Positions 25,201 to 38,000 of a stretch of DNA of 64,000 nt are shown here, in pieces. How positions within the stretch are numbered: the stretch's first letter is position 1; every line of letters begins with the position of its first letter. Under the pieces are notes generated by a model, which was not told the DNA's origin, searched no databases, and saw nothing but the letters and a program-made list of their open reading frames with translations. The position numbers were made by a program, and so were the translations under genes. This DNA comes from Lingula anatina (lineage: Eukaryota > Animalia > Brachiopoda): positions 19,778,001-19,842,000 of the forward strand of contig CM120642.1 of NCBI GenBank assembly GCA_051362555.1, written 5' to 3'.

Positions 25201-27260
25201 TCGCTCCGACAAGCCAAGCCGTCATTTAAAAAAAAATTCGTAAGTTGTCATGTACGTCTTTAGGCCGTCCAGTGATACCAGCGACCGTCCAAATGACGGC
25301 TGGACGGTTCGCTTGGAAAAAAGCTACTTTATTCGTTTGCAGCAGGAATAAATGAATGTAAATGTAAACCATTCGATCACAGCTCAAGAATAAACGGGGT
25401 GTAAATTCTTTCAAAAGGAAGGACATTCATATGATGCATAGGATATTGCATGGATATAAACAGTAATACCGCTCCATTGGGCACATCATCCCCATCTCCC
25501 CTCTCCTCCTCATTGCTCACTGCTGTTTCCACTGTGGCCTCACTACTAGCAGGGGTCAATGGTGCACCGTTGCCCTCTACCTCATCCAGGCTGTCAGTAG
25601 ATTTGGTGCGCTTCATGCGCTTGCAACGGGCTGCGAGATGCAGGGGAGTCAGATCATCTTTTCCCTTTTTGTTCACATCTGAAATGCGTTTTAAAAACCA
25701 TTAACATTTTTGAATTGTGCCTACCCCCAAAATCGGGATAAACTAAATTAATACACTCTATCTGGCAATCGGGGCTGTATTCTCTGACATTAAGAATTTG
25801 TGAACATCAGATATCTTAATGGCAATCTTGGTTATTTACAAACCTTTCAAAATGAGATTCATACGTGGAACTGAGGCTGTTGTATAAATAAGGCAAACCC
25901 TATGTCTTATATATAATTGGATGTATGCTCTATCAAAAACCCTTCCACTGTTTTTCCATAGCTGATTCCACGTAGTCTGCTAAAAGATTGATATATTTAT
26001 TATTGAAGAACAAATATTTCTATACCTGCTCCTCTTTCCACCAGTATTTTGACCACCTCAAAATGATTGTACCGGGCTGCATAATGAAGTGGACTAAGTT
26101 TGCTTTCATCAAGAGCATTGATCTTCTTCGTTACATTGCCAAAGTTGTCCAGGAGATAAAGCAGCTTGTCTGGGTTGCCATCCCTGACACACTTTAGAGT
26201 AGTTATAAAATGAATTAGAAAATAATTTCATATAATTAAACAACAAGATATTTGTTAGACAGACATGGTTATTTTTCACCCCTGTTAATTGACAAATAAG
26301 AGGAAAAAATAAGTTATGTTGCTCAATAAATGTACACACACTGATTGAGCATTCATTGAATAAAATGGCTACATCCCTGTAGTTCCCCACAACGATACTC
26401 CTCTCCGTTACTCATCCGCACCGATACCTGCCAAAAAGATCTCCTTCGTGTATGAACGATCACTGGCAATCTGCTAGCGACCTTATGCAGCCGCTGTTTA
26501 AACTATGACAACCTCCTTGCGACAGAGGTTGCTAAAAGGTATATAGCCAAAAGGTAGCAAGCTCAGTGTGACCGAGGCTTTAGCCATGCGGTTACTGTTC
26601 TGTAGAGCACGTACTAAAATCAATTTATGCAGTGGTCATTCTTATTAGTCAATTCAAAAGAGTACAGAATCGGATAGTAAAAGCTGAGGCCAGAAAATGT
26701 ATATGCTCACCACTAAAACCCCCCTTTCCCCTCACAAGACATTGCACAATAGATAATTTGTCAATTAATTTAACTGAACTGATTATGAGTCATATGACAA
26801 CTTAGCCAGGGTGGTTCTATTGACACTGTGGATAGGTAAATATTTAGCCAAAGGGACACCGACACAGTGCAACAGGTATGAAATACCTATGGAATACTTA
26901 AATCAGAACTTATAAAAGTGTTAGTACATGAACTTTGGAAATTATGATTTAAACTTTTTTCTATTGGTGTAATCCCTATATATAAAATTATAAAAAAAAT
27001 AATTTGTCAGAATTTCATTCTTTGATTTTCTTTATTATGATTGTCATATACTAATAATTTAATCATCATTAAAATATTTTTATTGGTTTATGCCTTAAAT
27101 ATGAAATTAGAATATTTTTTATTTATCAAAAATTCCCATTCTTCATTATCTTTGTCATATGCTAAGAATTTGTATTGTTGATTTACAAATGCTAGGACAA
27201 TACAGGTCATCGTAAGTTTAATGATGAATCTCAAAGGAATCATACCACCTACCCCTCCTT

Positions 27261-27304
<44 letters not shown>

Positions 27305-28010
27305 AAGTGTCGTAGCTTGGTCTTCAAAGTAATTAAGCAATATTTGGGGCCTGTTTTATTTTCGACATCTTACTTTCTGACATTTCTTGCAAATGCAAGG
27401 TAGCTTTAAGCTTCTACACACTGTTTATTTCAATGTGAACTTTTACATATAAAACAAAAATGGATGGATTTCAGACAATCTACAGCTCAGGACACTTGAA
27501 AATTCCTCCTAGAGTCAGCAGGGTGTGGGTGGTTAGGGAAAAGACATGGAAGGCTTCCTTTATAATGATCATATTTGACTAATTCTTGTATCAGCAAATA
27601 CGTGTATGTACATGTATGTACATCAAAATAGGAGTGCTGGAGACAGACATTTGGTATCACACAAAATGATAAGGAAACAACAGTTCAACAGGATATTAGA
27701 GTAGTAGGCCTATTATCATGGAAATATTGTAAACCAAAGTTCAAACAAAATCCAAATCTGGCCAAATACCTAGATCTTTAAGTCTCGCTTGTCGTAACTA
27801 TCTCCAGACAGTTAAGTTCAGTCGCTACCTTTTGAACAAACAGCTTACCTGGTGGAGTGTTAAGGTAGGAGTGTCTTTCGGTTCTCCTCTCCGCATCCCA
27901 ATGTTGGTCGACATCTCCATGTTATCTCTGCCGTGTTTTGGAACGTTTCTTTTCGAGACACCACCCGGCCCACCCCCTGGAACAAAGGAATCTACACTAC
28001 GCCTGAACAT
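7718..28010 (-). CDS. TRPA1: TRPA1-like (ankyrin-repeat transient receptor potential A) cation channel, 24 coding exons, ~1235 aa
   Basis: Phase-consistent GT-AG exons: 27849-28010, 26026-26191, 25470-25678, 23407-23595, 22924-23142, 22447-22540, 21960-22155, 21517-21700, 21068-21175, 20280-20368, 19654-19800, 19101-19212, 18613-18749, 17724-17845, 17214-17360, 16775-16875, 15187-15365, 14667-14826, 12809-12943, 12316-12516, 11815-12018, 11314-11382, 8948-9106, 7718-7936 (3708 nt). Many TPLH ankyrin repeats; pre-S1 LLSHPLVASLLKHKW; S4-S5 WIELLLFIRKLPRFGIYVVMF; pore KTTVMMIGEFEF; S6/TRP-like ILIMNLLVGLAVDDIKAVQDQAVLKRLAMQV; C-terminal coiled coil. The start codon is tentative and orthology within the TRPA family is untested. 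Confidence 0.93.
8517..8741. mobile_element. PIF/Harbinger-like MITE (225 bp), family M1
   Basis: Imperfect TIRs gggtgcattcccagagat / atctatgggaatggagtc flanked by a 3-bp TSD TAG. Same family as the copies at 14009-14452. Confidence 0.75.
9250..9940. repeat. ~340 bp direct tandem duplication inside the HINE element
   Basis: aaaaattaaattttcacaaaaaactgtt...aagtcacacctt occurs at ~9250-9585 and again at ~9588-9940. Confidence 0.85.
10340..11122. repeat. 120-bp tandem satellite array, ~6.5 units
   Basis: Unit gtgaaaaaacagcataaattccctaaaagtgacccgatcatgctgattttcgaacttgacctgcg... recurs with exact 120-bp period in the 3' units. Confidence 0.95.
13015..14000 (+). mobile_element. Degenerate RTE-clade LINE remnant (RT and 3' end)
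   Basis: Frameshifted RT motifs: KGV.QG..LSP.FFNLYTEKIFRE at ~13080-13155, RYAD at ~13207, FEMWVYRRMFKVSWTE at ~13518-13565, and a short (ATGA)n-like tail at ~13985-14000. Confidence 0.7.
13681..13755. repeat. ~75 bp near-perfect spacerless palindrome
   Basis: atgtgattttttt-cttcagtcaacagctaatattgaga|tctcaatattagctgttgactgaag-aaaaaatcacat. The arms differ only by one base in the homopolymer. Confidence 0.95.
14009..14452. mobile_element. M1 MITE (TSD TTA) containing a second, inverted M1 copy (14134-14348, TSD TAT)
   Basis: The outer halves join to give the reverse complement of 8517-8741. The inner copy has the same orientation as 8517-8741. Both 3-bp TSDs are visible. Confidence 0.8.
15530..16720. 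mobile_element. Degenerate foldback-like element with subterminal GGTCCGAAGGTTC-type repeats
   Basis: cattggtccgaaggttc / ggtctgaaggttc units at ~15575-15632, mirrored by gaccttcagatcaatgaac / ggaccaatgaaccttcaga units at ~16545-16710. Ends uncertain. Confidence 0.5.
19917..20082. mobile_element. Short MITE, family M2 (CCCTTAGCAAAAT TIR)
   Basis: ctcttagcaaaat...atcttgcttaggg ends with internal TTGCAGCAAA-type motifs. Confidence 0.65.
20695..21049. mobile_element. CACTA/EnSpm-like MITE, family M2 (355 bp)
   Basis: Perfect 13-bp TIR CCCTTAGCAAAAT / ATTTTGCTAAGGG, 2-bp TSD TG, many internal TTTGCAGCAAA motifs. A partial copy lies at ~54447-54583. Confidence 0.8.
22249..22292. repeat. Poly-T tract (another at ~27263-27303)
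   Basis: Directly visible. Confidence 0.95.
24000..24630. repeat. Degenerate tandem repeat (tctcgtctcgcttgga...cgatctccggctgac units) interrupted by a ~295 bp TIR element at 24129-24424
   Basis: Related units at ~24047, 24427, 24510 and 24562. The interrupting segment is bounded by GGGTCCCATTG / CAATGGGACTC. Confidence 0.55.
24859..25171. mobile_element. Hairpin-type MITE (~313 bp, almost wholly palindromic)
   Basis: ggaagcattcacatcgaaaagagccgaggtctagtaaggccgcg... is the imperfect reverse complement of ...cgcggccttattagacctcgactcttctcgatgcgaatgttctc over ~135 bp. Confidence 0.75.
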
Positions 28011-29812
28011 TCTGTGTGTGTTTTGCCTTGGGTGTGTTGTCAGTGGCCGTTTCGACTGGGGTAAGATTGACGGATGATCTGGACTCTACCCACTCTGGAC
28101 ACAAACCCAAGACGTAGAAAATGTTATCGTAATCAGAGTAAACACTCCTATCATCTATTGGTTGTACGCGACCTAAAAAAAGCCACCGTTTTGGTGGATT
28201 CAATAGTACATAAAATACTAGTAAATGGTTGCTTCTACCGATGACTGCTTGAGAGTTCAAGCAATTTATAGCTTAATTGCAACTTGGAATGGTTTTGCCA
28301 CAGGCTTATCTATTTGAAGTCTGTTAAATGACATACTAAAAATTTCAAAGAGTCCTTGCATGAGAAATATAACAAAAATCAAGATGGACGCCAAGGGCAT
28401 AATAATACAGGGTGGTCCATAAGAATCGACCTATTTTACTTTCCATCTCCAACTTTCTTTTGCCAAAATGTTCCATAAGGATAACCATTTTTCCCTTACA
28501 AATTCTGCAGAAATTGTAAACATTCACCCTTACATCTCACGCAACACGAACATTAATTTGGCCACCCTAGTACTTGCTAGATCTCAGATTTCTTCCTTAG
28601 GGTGCACCTAAAGAAAAGAACCAATGTCAACAAGCCACAAATATTGGCATTTTCAACGTATGAAGAGAAGTAAGGAACAGTCGTACTTTTTTGTGACCTT
28701 GGGTAATTTGAGTAAATCCGAGGTGGAGGCTATTTTCCATAGAACATAGGTTCTAACTACTAACAGGGATGATTCAGTGTTCTGTATCAAGTAAAGTTAT
28801 TTTAAGCGTTTACCACGTCCTCATGACTATAATGTATATCTGGTGGGTGACTAGCATTTTTTCCTAGAATTTTAGAGAAATTCCAAGATTACCGCCGTTT
28901 GCCATATAATTACATGTACATCGGAATCAACAACTGCCAGGGATTTATATTATTCGTTATTAAATAAAGTTTAAGGGCCCTATTTTCCTTAAAATACAAT
29001 GCCGTAGTACATGGATTTCAATTACCAGATAGACATTTAATTCACTAGAAAATAAATGTCACACACGCACTGGATGGCTTGCTGCACTGACCTGAAAAAA
29101 AGGTAATAAGGACGGTACACGATTCCACTGGCAGTTGTTATCTAGGTTAAGCGTCAAAAGATTGCCTTAACCCCCCCCCCCCCCCCCCAAAAAAAAAAAA
29201 AATAAATAAATAAATAAATAATAATAATAAATTTAAAAAAAAAAAAAAAAAAAACAGAACGACGGCGTACCGGCACATGTATTTCGTTTTTATTAAATTG
29301 ATGCAGTAAACGGAGCAAATTGCTTTCTAGAAGAAAATTTACGACACATTTTACATCTTATGGAAATGACATCCTACATTACACATGATGATACGTTTTA
29401 TTTCCCTCTATCGAAATGGAACCATTCAGGGCTGTCTAAGAATTTGCCTTTACAAATTGAAGGACATTTTGCAACTTGTACGAAATACGAATAAAAAATA
29501 TCGTCACGTATTTAAATACACTAAACCATATTTTGATACTCGTAATGTCCACCACAAGTTTTAACATGTAATATAAAAGGTATTTTCAAACGTAGACATT
29601 AGTCAATTCAGTTTATTGCCAGATCTACGCCTGTGCTCTTTTTCATTTTTAAAGTTTTTTGCTTACAGGCCAGTATCTAAGGAATTCGAATGTGCTATTG
29701 TACTTGATATGAATACAGATTCCCATACCTCATGTGTTCAGGTGATTTTTTATAAGTTGCATGTCATTGCTCCCATAAAGACACGGAATAGGCCCTGGAG
29801 ACACGACCGATA

Positions 29813-30850
29813 TTAAAACCCCTGTACTTTGATACGAAATATGTACAACATTCCCTCTTCCATTTCGTGATACCTAGGTATGGGATGGTTGGCCAGTACG
29901 TCCCATCGGCCGGCTTTGGTATGCTCGTCCATAATCTCGTGAAGCCCTTGACCGTTGTAACCCAGAACTGGCAGGAAAACTTTTTTGAGGGCGATAACTA
30001 TGTAGCCACCTGGATATAAAAATGAATGGATGTACCATGATTGATGGAATAGTAATAATATTTAAACAAACAAATCTGTGTGACATATGTTACACCAGCG
30101 GTAAGGTGTGCAGTGACTTGACTGTTCCATGCCCAAACCGCTGTGTACGGTTTTGAAAAGAAAACTTTATTTTAAAATCATTATGTGTTTGTTTGATTTT
30201 ACATTGCTATAGTTTAGAAAAAGACGGTCATGACCCGGCAGAACTATAGTCGCGACAAAATGTCTCATCTTTCCAAATTAACTCTTCGTTTTTATCGATA
30301 TCATGTTAAATCAATTGATTATCACCCTATGATATATTACAATTAAAAAGAAAAAGTGTCGACAACATGCCATTACGGTGATTTTTAAACTAGAATCCAA
30401 ATTTCTGATGACCGTCTGAGACCATGGTCTTAGATACGACAGCACGCTAGGCTCTGTTTTATCCACAACCGTTTTCAGCTTCGAAGAAGTACCTGTTATC
30501 TAAAAAATAATGCACATTTTTTCTCACACTATTGCTTCATCGAATAATATTGATATTGGTTTTAAAACGCGATCACAAAGACACTTGGGATCAAAGTTGA
30601 ACATCAATTTCAGCAGACAGTTGTACTTGATGAAAAGAAACGTGTCGGTGTGTTCGGTATGGCCCCTATTGTTTGTTTGATGTAACTAGTGTGTATTCAC
30701 ACTATCATGTACCTGGCTTCACGATCCGAATTAGCTCAGCCAGACAGCTTCCGTTCACGTGACCTGGACAAAAGCTACCTACAGTCACAACTCCGTCATA
30801 AGTATCTGTAAAAAAAAAGGCAATTCGCATTTCAGTAAATAAAACAAGTT

Positions 30851-30892
<42 letters not shown>

Positions 30893-33196
30893 AAGACAAA
30901 TTTTCATAATTTTTTCGGGCTGGCGAATATGCATGTACAGCGCAGATATACATGTAGGCCTATTCTTACCCTGGTCGCAGCGCATTAAAATTAATTTAAT
31001 TTAAATAAAAAAATCAGTTCCTCAAAGAACTAAATTCCTACGTCAATTGTTGTAGGTAAGTCGTAACTGAACACGTGGTCACCCGAGATAATGTGGCTGT
31101 CAGTTTTTCTGTTGCCTAACCTACACGTGCACCACTACTACTACTACTACTACTACTAATAAATTCTCTTAATTCTTGACTGGGCTTTCACATTATTAAA
31201 CAGTCGATAAGTACTGTAAAATAGAACGAATTCTGGTAAACTAATTCGTCAACTCCTATTTCAAATATTACCATCTTTTATATCCAACCGATTTGGGCCC
31301 ATAAAGTCACAGATAACGTTATTATACAGTTTCTTCTCCTTCGCCTTTTCCAGCATTTCCGCGCTGGCGTCCAGTGCATCGATGTTTTGAAAACCATTTT
31401 TCTTCAGCTGTAAAGACATTTTTTAATTTATAAAATGATGAAAGTAATATTGAGGAATTGTTTTCTATGTTGTCTAATATCATCGACACGCACGTTTTAG
31501 CGGTTTCACAAATTATACCTGGTCTTTATGAATAAGTTCAATCTTGAATGTCTTTCTACTTCTCCAATTTTCAATGAAAAGCTGTTTTTATTAAAACTGC
31601 ATCTTGTAAACCCTACCTCAATTGCTACTAACCCGGTCCCCGCCGCAGCGTCCAGAATTAAAGCGTTCTTATTGTCCCCTAATAACTTCGATAACTCGCT
31701 GGCACCAATTTTAGGGGGATTATATTCTATGAAACTCAAATCCTAAAAATATATTAAATGCATGTTTTTCAGTATACAATTTCCACATTTATACTTATAT
31801 TACCAACATATAGATATCAGCTTAATACTTTAAAAGCTAGAAGTTTTATTACCTTTAATTTGGGGATTTTAAAGTCCTCAACAAAATGTTAAATGTTAAA
31901 TGTACCCCGGTAGTACTGGTAGATGTGCAAACAACATAAGAAGTTTTTTTCATTATGGTAAACTTCAAAACTGTCAAATTTCTACACAATAATTAAGCTG
32001 CAAGCGCACACGAGAGCTTTCGTCCCAACACATGGGACTTCTACAGTCACATTTAACCTATGCGACAGTGTATAGTAAACAGTTTAGTGAGAAACAGTTT
32101 AGTGAGAACTGTCCACTATAGCACTGTCCCAGAAGCAGGTTATGCCCCCCTTCCCTCCCCCCGTCTTTGTTAAGTGAAGGTCCCTGGGCCCGTATGTAAA
32201 TGGCCTCCTCCACCCCTCGATTGAATCACAGGGGGTCAAAAAAGCTCTCAGGTACGCTTTCAGCTTATTGTGTAGAAATTGACCCTTTTTTCAGTTTATC
32301 ATCATGAATAACTCTACTACACATATCAAATTTCATCATAGGTTTTGATCATAGTGAAGCGTGTCTTTTATTAATTTATTATAGGCGGGAGGGTGGGGTA
32401 GGATAGGGGTTCTCGTGAGCCCCAATTTAGAGTTTTTTCACCCTTCTAAGCCCCTAAATTCCAATGAGAAGTGTAAGCTCACGCAGTTCTTAATGGGTCA
32501 GAGGGCAAAATCCTTACGTTCTCTGGAAAGTACAGTCACTGTTGAAACTCTTGAAACATTGATCTAGAGAACCTTCTAGCACTGTCACACAGAGAACATT
32601 TTCAACAGGTATTCACAGATATATAATATATAGTTCTCTGGCTAATTCTCTGCACTTTTCTATCCCACCCAAGAATATTTTACGAAAAATAAATAAACCA
32701 CGCAAAGAAATAGTAATAGATAAATTAAAATACCCATGCTGTCCTAGGGCAGAGAGTAAGTCCGAGGATCTCTGCGCGTACCAGTAATATAAGCCTCTGT
32801 TCTTGGCTAACAGTTTATTAAGTAGGGCGGTATAAAGTAGGCCACCTCACTTGGCAGGGGCTACATTTGCGCTAATGACACTATGATACATACACTACCT
32901 AAGCTACTTAGGGAAGATACATTCTCAGGCCTACATGTATGACCCAGATATGTTTTCAGTTTTCAAATTCCAGTCATATTTGACTTCTTGTGAAGTGAAG
33001 CATGCATTATCAATCTTGTCGACACTGCACGGTGACATATTTAAAGCAGGTAGCCCAGAACAAGTACAGTGCAAAGCCTAATTCTTACCTCATCGTAACT
33101 CTGGGCCCATACTTTATACTTGTCCATAACCTCATCGTTGGTGATGTCTAAGCGTGTGATGTCGGTGACGACTCCACGTACCTTTTCGCTACTCAT
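29813..33196 (-). CDS. METTL27: Methyltransferase-like 27 (WBSCR27 family) class I SAM-dependent methyltransferase, 5 exons, 219 aa
   Basis: Exons 33089-33196, 31617-31742, 31272-31407, 30713-30805, 29813-30009 (660 nt, phases consistent). Motifs YKVWAQSYDED, ILDAAAGTGLV (motif I), IDALDASAEMLEKA, GSFCPGHV, ELIRIVKPGGYIVI. Confidence 0.85.
31940..32345. mobile_element. MITE-like element in methyltransferase intron 1, with a partial homolog at ~54584-54830
   Basis: Inverted repeats caaatttctacacaataattaagctgcaagcg...gagagcttt / aaagctctcaggtacgctttcagcttattgtgtagaaattg. The right two-thirds align to 54584-54830. Confidence 0.6.
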
Positions 33197-33767
33197 CTCT
33201 TTTTAATGAACTTGTAGATGCCGATAAATCAGGAATTAACTCGTAAGATGTAATGCTCGCTCGTATTTGCGAACAGTCATGCAAAGCACACGTCTTATTC
33301 AATTCACATCTAGACTATCTGCAGCGGAACTAACTTGACCTACAGAATCACAGACAATGATAGGCATTCAAACACACGGTTTTATCTGTTGTCTTGGATC
33401 AATCCGTTATAGTGGTATGCCTGTGTTGGTCTGTCTAGGTCAAGCGGAATTAGGAAAAGCGTACATTCTATACAAAGAGGGCCTGTACACTTTATCGTAT
33501 CTGTAAACTTTATTGTAGATACGTACTCATTCAGACTGGGCGCAGACAGCTCGTAGAATTGCTTCTTATAGATAGCAAAACGGACAAAATGTTGGTGGGA
33601 ATTGATATGCAAAGACAGAAGCAAGAGTTAAATTGAAAAAGATCTTGATAGATTTGAATTAATCAGCGGAGGGAAGGGGTTGGTGGGAGGGGGGGGGGGG
33701 CATTGGCTTTTTTTGAAAAGTTATGTTCGCTCACGCGAACCAGAAAACTTGTCCCCTATGCCTATTA

Positions 33768-33992
33768 CGGACCGTTCATATGAAAAATCAATTTTCTAAA
33801 AATCTATTTTCTATTCGCGGTATCTTGTGATCACTCCGAGCGCAGCCGAGAATTAATTACAGCTTTGGAAGTAACTGGGTCGCGCTGCCAGTAATTATGC
33901 CGCGGGGTATTCAGGGCACAGACCGTGATCACAAGATACCGCAAATAGAAAATACATTTTTAGAAAATAGATTTTTTCATATGAAAGGTCCC
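33768..33992. mobile_element. PIF/Harbinger-like MITE (225 bp, ~67 bp TIR)
   Basis: cggaccgttcatatgaaaaatc...cttgtgatcac / gtgatcacaag...tttttcatatgaaaggtccc, flanked by TTA/TAA. Absent at the paralogous site near 54910. Confidence 0.75.
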
Positions 33993-35088
33993 TAAGGGAA
34001 AAAAAATCTGTGTAACCCCCCTTCCCTGTGAAAAATTTCGTTGGGATTTATGTAATCAACCAGTATTAAATGACACAAACAAAACACAAAGAAAACAAGC
34101 AAATGCATAAAAGGTGAAATCGATAAGATTTATTGACAACTGGTATATTTGAACACTTGGTGTGTGGACATTTTAACGATGGCGATATTAAACATCTTTT
34201 CAAAAATACGCGTCCTCAGACTTCAAAGAATGAGATTGTTGTCACAGCCCATCCTGCTTTTGTTAGGGTTTCATGAATCTGCAGATTTCATCTCACATTA
34301 AGTCTCGTGATTGTATAAAATCTATGACAAAAATATTTCAAACTATTCATCTATAAGAATATAAAAACGTTAGGTAACCCCTTACCAATCGTGTATAAAA
34401 TATATATATACTTGAGATAATACATGATCTGATTAAAAATATATAAAACTAAATTTAACTTGCATAGGTGAAAAAGGGGCCTTGATGGCTGACAGACAAA
34501 CCGTGTAAATAGGGGAAAGCCCCTTTATTGTGCAAAATATTCACATCTATTTAAATCTTAACATCTAATATTCACATTCACAATATAATAATATTCACAT
34601 TCAAATATTCACATCTATTTAAATCTTATCAAAGGCTCGGTTAATTGGGAGTGCACACTGAAAGCCGCAAATTCCAGTTCACAATTAAAATTACAACTCT
34701 TTACTATAGATTATATTCAAGTAAACGTCTCATTATCGCACTTATTTACCCCAAAGGAAACCTCAGATATTCCGCAGAGTAACGTCCAACATGAAAGAAC
34801 ACTGATAAAGCTGTCATTGTTTTATTTGCGTTGAATAGTTTTGATAATAACACTCTCTGTTTTAGATGTTATTTTAGATAACGGGCTCCACTGATGTGCT
34901 GGAAATATCGTGTTATATGTTCTGTGTACAGATTGAATTCAAACAAAACGCAAGGAAAGGTGCACACAAAGCATTTGTAAGTTGCAAATAGCCACTTAAA
35001 AAAATTCTGTCAAAATGCCAACAGTGGAAATTATCCCCAGCGTTCTTCAAAGCTATGCCAATTATAATTTGTTTTCATCCTACACTTT

Positions 35089-38000
35089 CTATATTTTGTT
35101 CTCCAAGATGTTGAGTCTTCTTTCCCAATCCTTCCGTTTCTTTTGCATTCCATCCTCTGCTTTTTTAACCATTTGGAGCATTTTCTGCTGTTGCTTTTCA
35201 GCTTCCTTCATCTGAAAGCAAAAGGAAAGTGCTCATCAAACATTAGAATTAGCATGTATAACCCGTATGTATAACTTGTGTAATGTTACAGGAATTACCA
35301 AACGTTTTTATAAGATCTCAAAGTCGCATCTCTTGTATTTACTAAAACACACTGTGTTTTTGGAAAGGTCTACTAGGATTTCACCATTCCCATCGCTACC
35401 AACATTTCATATGATTGATAATCTGCATATGTTTTTTTACCTAATGACTTAATTGCAATTGTTCATATATAATAAGTCACTGAAGACTTACTGTGTTTTG
35501 AAGCTCCTGGCCACGAGAATCAATATCTTGTTTCATGAGACTGGTGGCCTCGTTCACATCTTTTATAAGCTTATCAGACAAAGACTCAAAGGCGTCTCTC
35601 ATTTCCTTTTCAAAATCCTCTTGTCTCGTCTTCTGCTGGTTTTCGAACGCTTTGAACTGTGCCTTTAGCACTTCCATACCCTCCCTATGGAGACTGGCCA
35701 TTGCGGCCTGAAATGAAATAGAAAAGAAACTTACCAAACACCGGTGTCATATGAAAATCTAACTCCCATGAAAATCTGACTCCCCAGTCATGAAATTCCC
35801 CTCTCCCACTCACAAAACTTTATTAATCTTATTTTATTTGAGTTTACAAATTTCATCTTGTAGTATGCATAATGGATGATACATTTTCATGAGAAAATTA
35901 GAAAATTAAAAATGTGTGGTTTTTCCACCCAGTGACTCCTATGAAAAGGCTATGGGAGTCTAAATCCAGGTAGTAAGATGAATACTTGTTCCAAAAATGA
36001 TTAATTTTCACCACCCAACTTTCAAATACTACCAAAATATATATCACAACGCAAACCATGGAAAACAATGATATGGTGTCTAATTATAAAATAGGTTTTT
36101 TCTTCATGGGAGTCCAAATCTCATGGGTATGAATATAAAGATTTTTCATGTCTGTTTTTCCAATTTTTTTTTATTTGCACCCAATATTTTACCGCAAAAC
36201 GTTCAAATATTTCCAATATATTCTTCATAAAGTATACTTAAAGGAAAGAGTCATTGGGTGGTAAAATACACATTTTTAATTTTCTTATATTCTCGTTCAA
36301 TTTTTCACCTGCAAACTAACAAAAAGTGCCAGTGTATCCTTCATATTGCATACTACAACATAGGAGTCTTATACTCAAATAAAATAAGATTTATTAAGTT
36401 TTGTGGGGGGAGTCAAAATTTCATGGGGGGAGTCACATGTTCATAATGAAAATTTGATTGGGGAGTCACATTTTGGGGGAGTCAGATTTTCATGGTACAC
36501 CGGCATTTGTTCGCCACAGATTTTTCACCACATTATTCACAGATATGCCTTTGGCTAATTCATGATATTTTTCTGCTTTCTAACAAGAAATTTGGCCTCT
36601 AGTATATATATATATGCTGCTTCATCCTCACCCCAGGCCACTGATGTTGTAGCGCTGCAGTATTTGACAAGGCACGTCTTATTTAAGATTATTTTGTTTA
36701 AATATCATGTTATTTACATATAATATTATTTACCTTATGGTTTTCAAACATGTTTTGTACATCTATTCTGTGTTGGTCGAAGTTTGACGCCATGGTTTTC
36801 TTGAAATTGTTCTGATCAGCCTCCGCCTTCTGAATGTTGCTACGAGTCTCATTTTTGTGATGACTATTTTCTGCATTGACCATTTCTTGGAAATCTTTAA
36901 ATTCTTCTTCCATTTTTTCCGTCTAAAATTTCAATGCAATTTTATATAACATTATGCACAATAAAAGTTCTGCAACTGAGTTTATAAAAAATGATAAATA
37001 TGCAATGGATCCAACGCAAGGCACAAAATTAAAAAAAAAATGGAAGCTGCAATTACCACATCTTGAGCAGTACGCACGTGAATGCCACTTCCTGTTTAAA
37101 GTACTTTTACAAACGGCTCTCATGTGTACAGATCACAAAATAGTCCACAAAAAATTAATTCATTTAAATGGAGTCGGTTACTTGTGCACACAAATTGTTT
37201 TATGGTGACTTTGCCTTGTGGCCTATCGCTGACTTACCCAAGTTTTATTTTGTGCTTGCAAAGTATCTACGTTGTCTTTGATCGTGTAGAACCAATCTTT
37301 AGCCCTCTCCTCTGCTGACATTGCGCTGGTCTCCAAGTTCTGTCGAGTAATTCCCTCCGTTTGGAGGTAGGTGTCGACTCTCCACTCCAGGATTTGCTGA
37401 GCAGTAGAAGTTTCACTTTCATCTGTTAAAAAAGGATAAAACTGGTTTCAGTGAATCAGTGAAATAAACTAAAATAGCACTGCTCTCCTTTACACAATCT
37501 TCTTCAATGTTACCACGTTGTTTACTATATATTTGCTTATTATATTGAGCCATTGTTAATTAAAATACCTGCTCTGTAGAGATCAATACATTCATCCTCT
37601 CCTTCTGTTTTATCAAAAGCCACTCCATTTTCTCTCCAGAATTTCTCAACGTTAGCGGCTAGACTGTCCGTTACCATGTAGAACCCGCAGTTGTTGGTAT
37701 CGGTATAATTTTTAATAGTATATGTTCTGGCTTTGCTTCTAAGTTCTCCCTTTTGAAGTAGATCCAAGAGAGTGCACCGCCGGGTATCTCTTTCTTGTGG
37801 AATAGTTAACTACAGAGAAGAAAGAATACATGTAGAACTTGCAGGTAAAATCACAATACACACAAATTGCGCTGAGATAATTAGGTTTGGATATACTTGT
37901 ACGTATTTTGTTATAGATAAAATGCTAGTGCCTAGGGAACTAAAAATGTGATGTCATTACAGTTGAATATTTATGTTAAAGATAAATGCAATTTAACTGA

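Noticed and set aside
30310-30670. Alternative last exons for the methyltransferase
   Set aside because: Candidate acceptors here give short or non-homologous frames. The exon at 29813-30009 gives the expected GGYIVI continuation.
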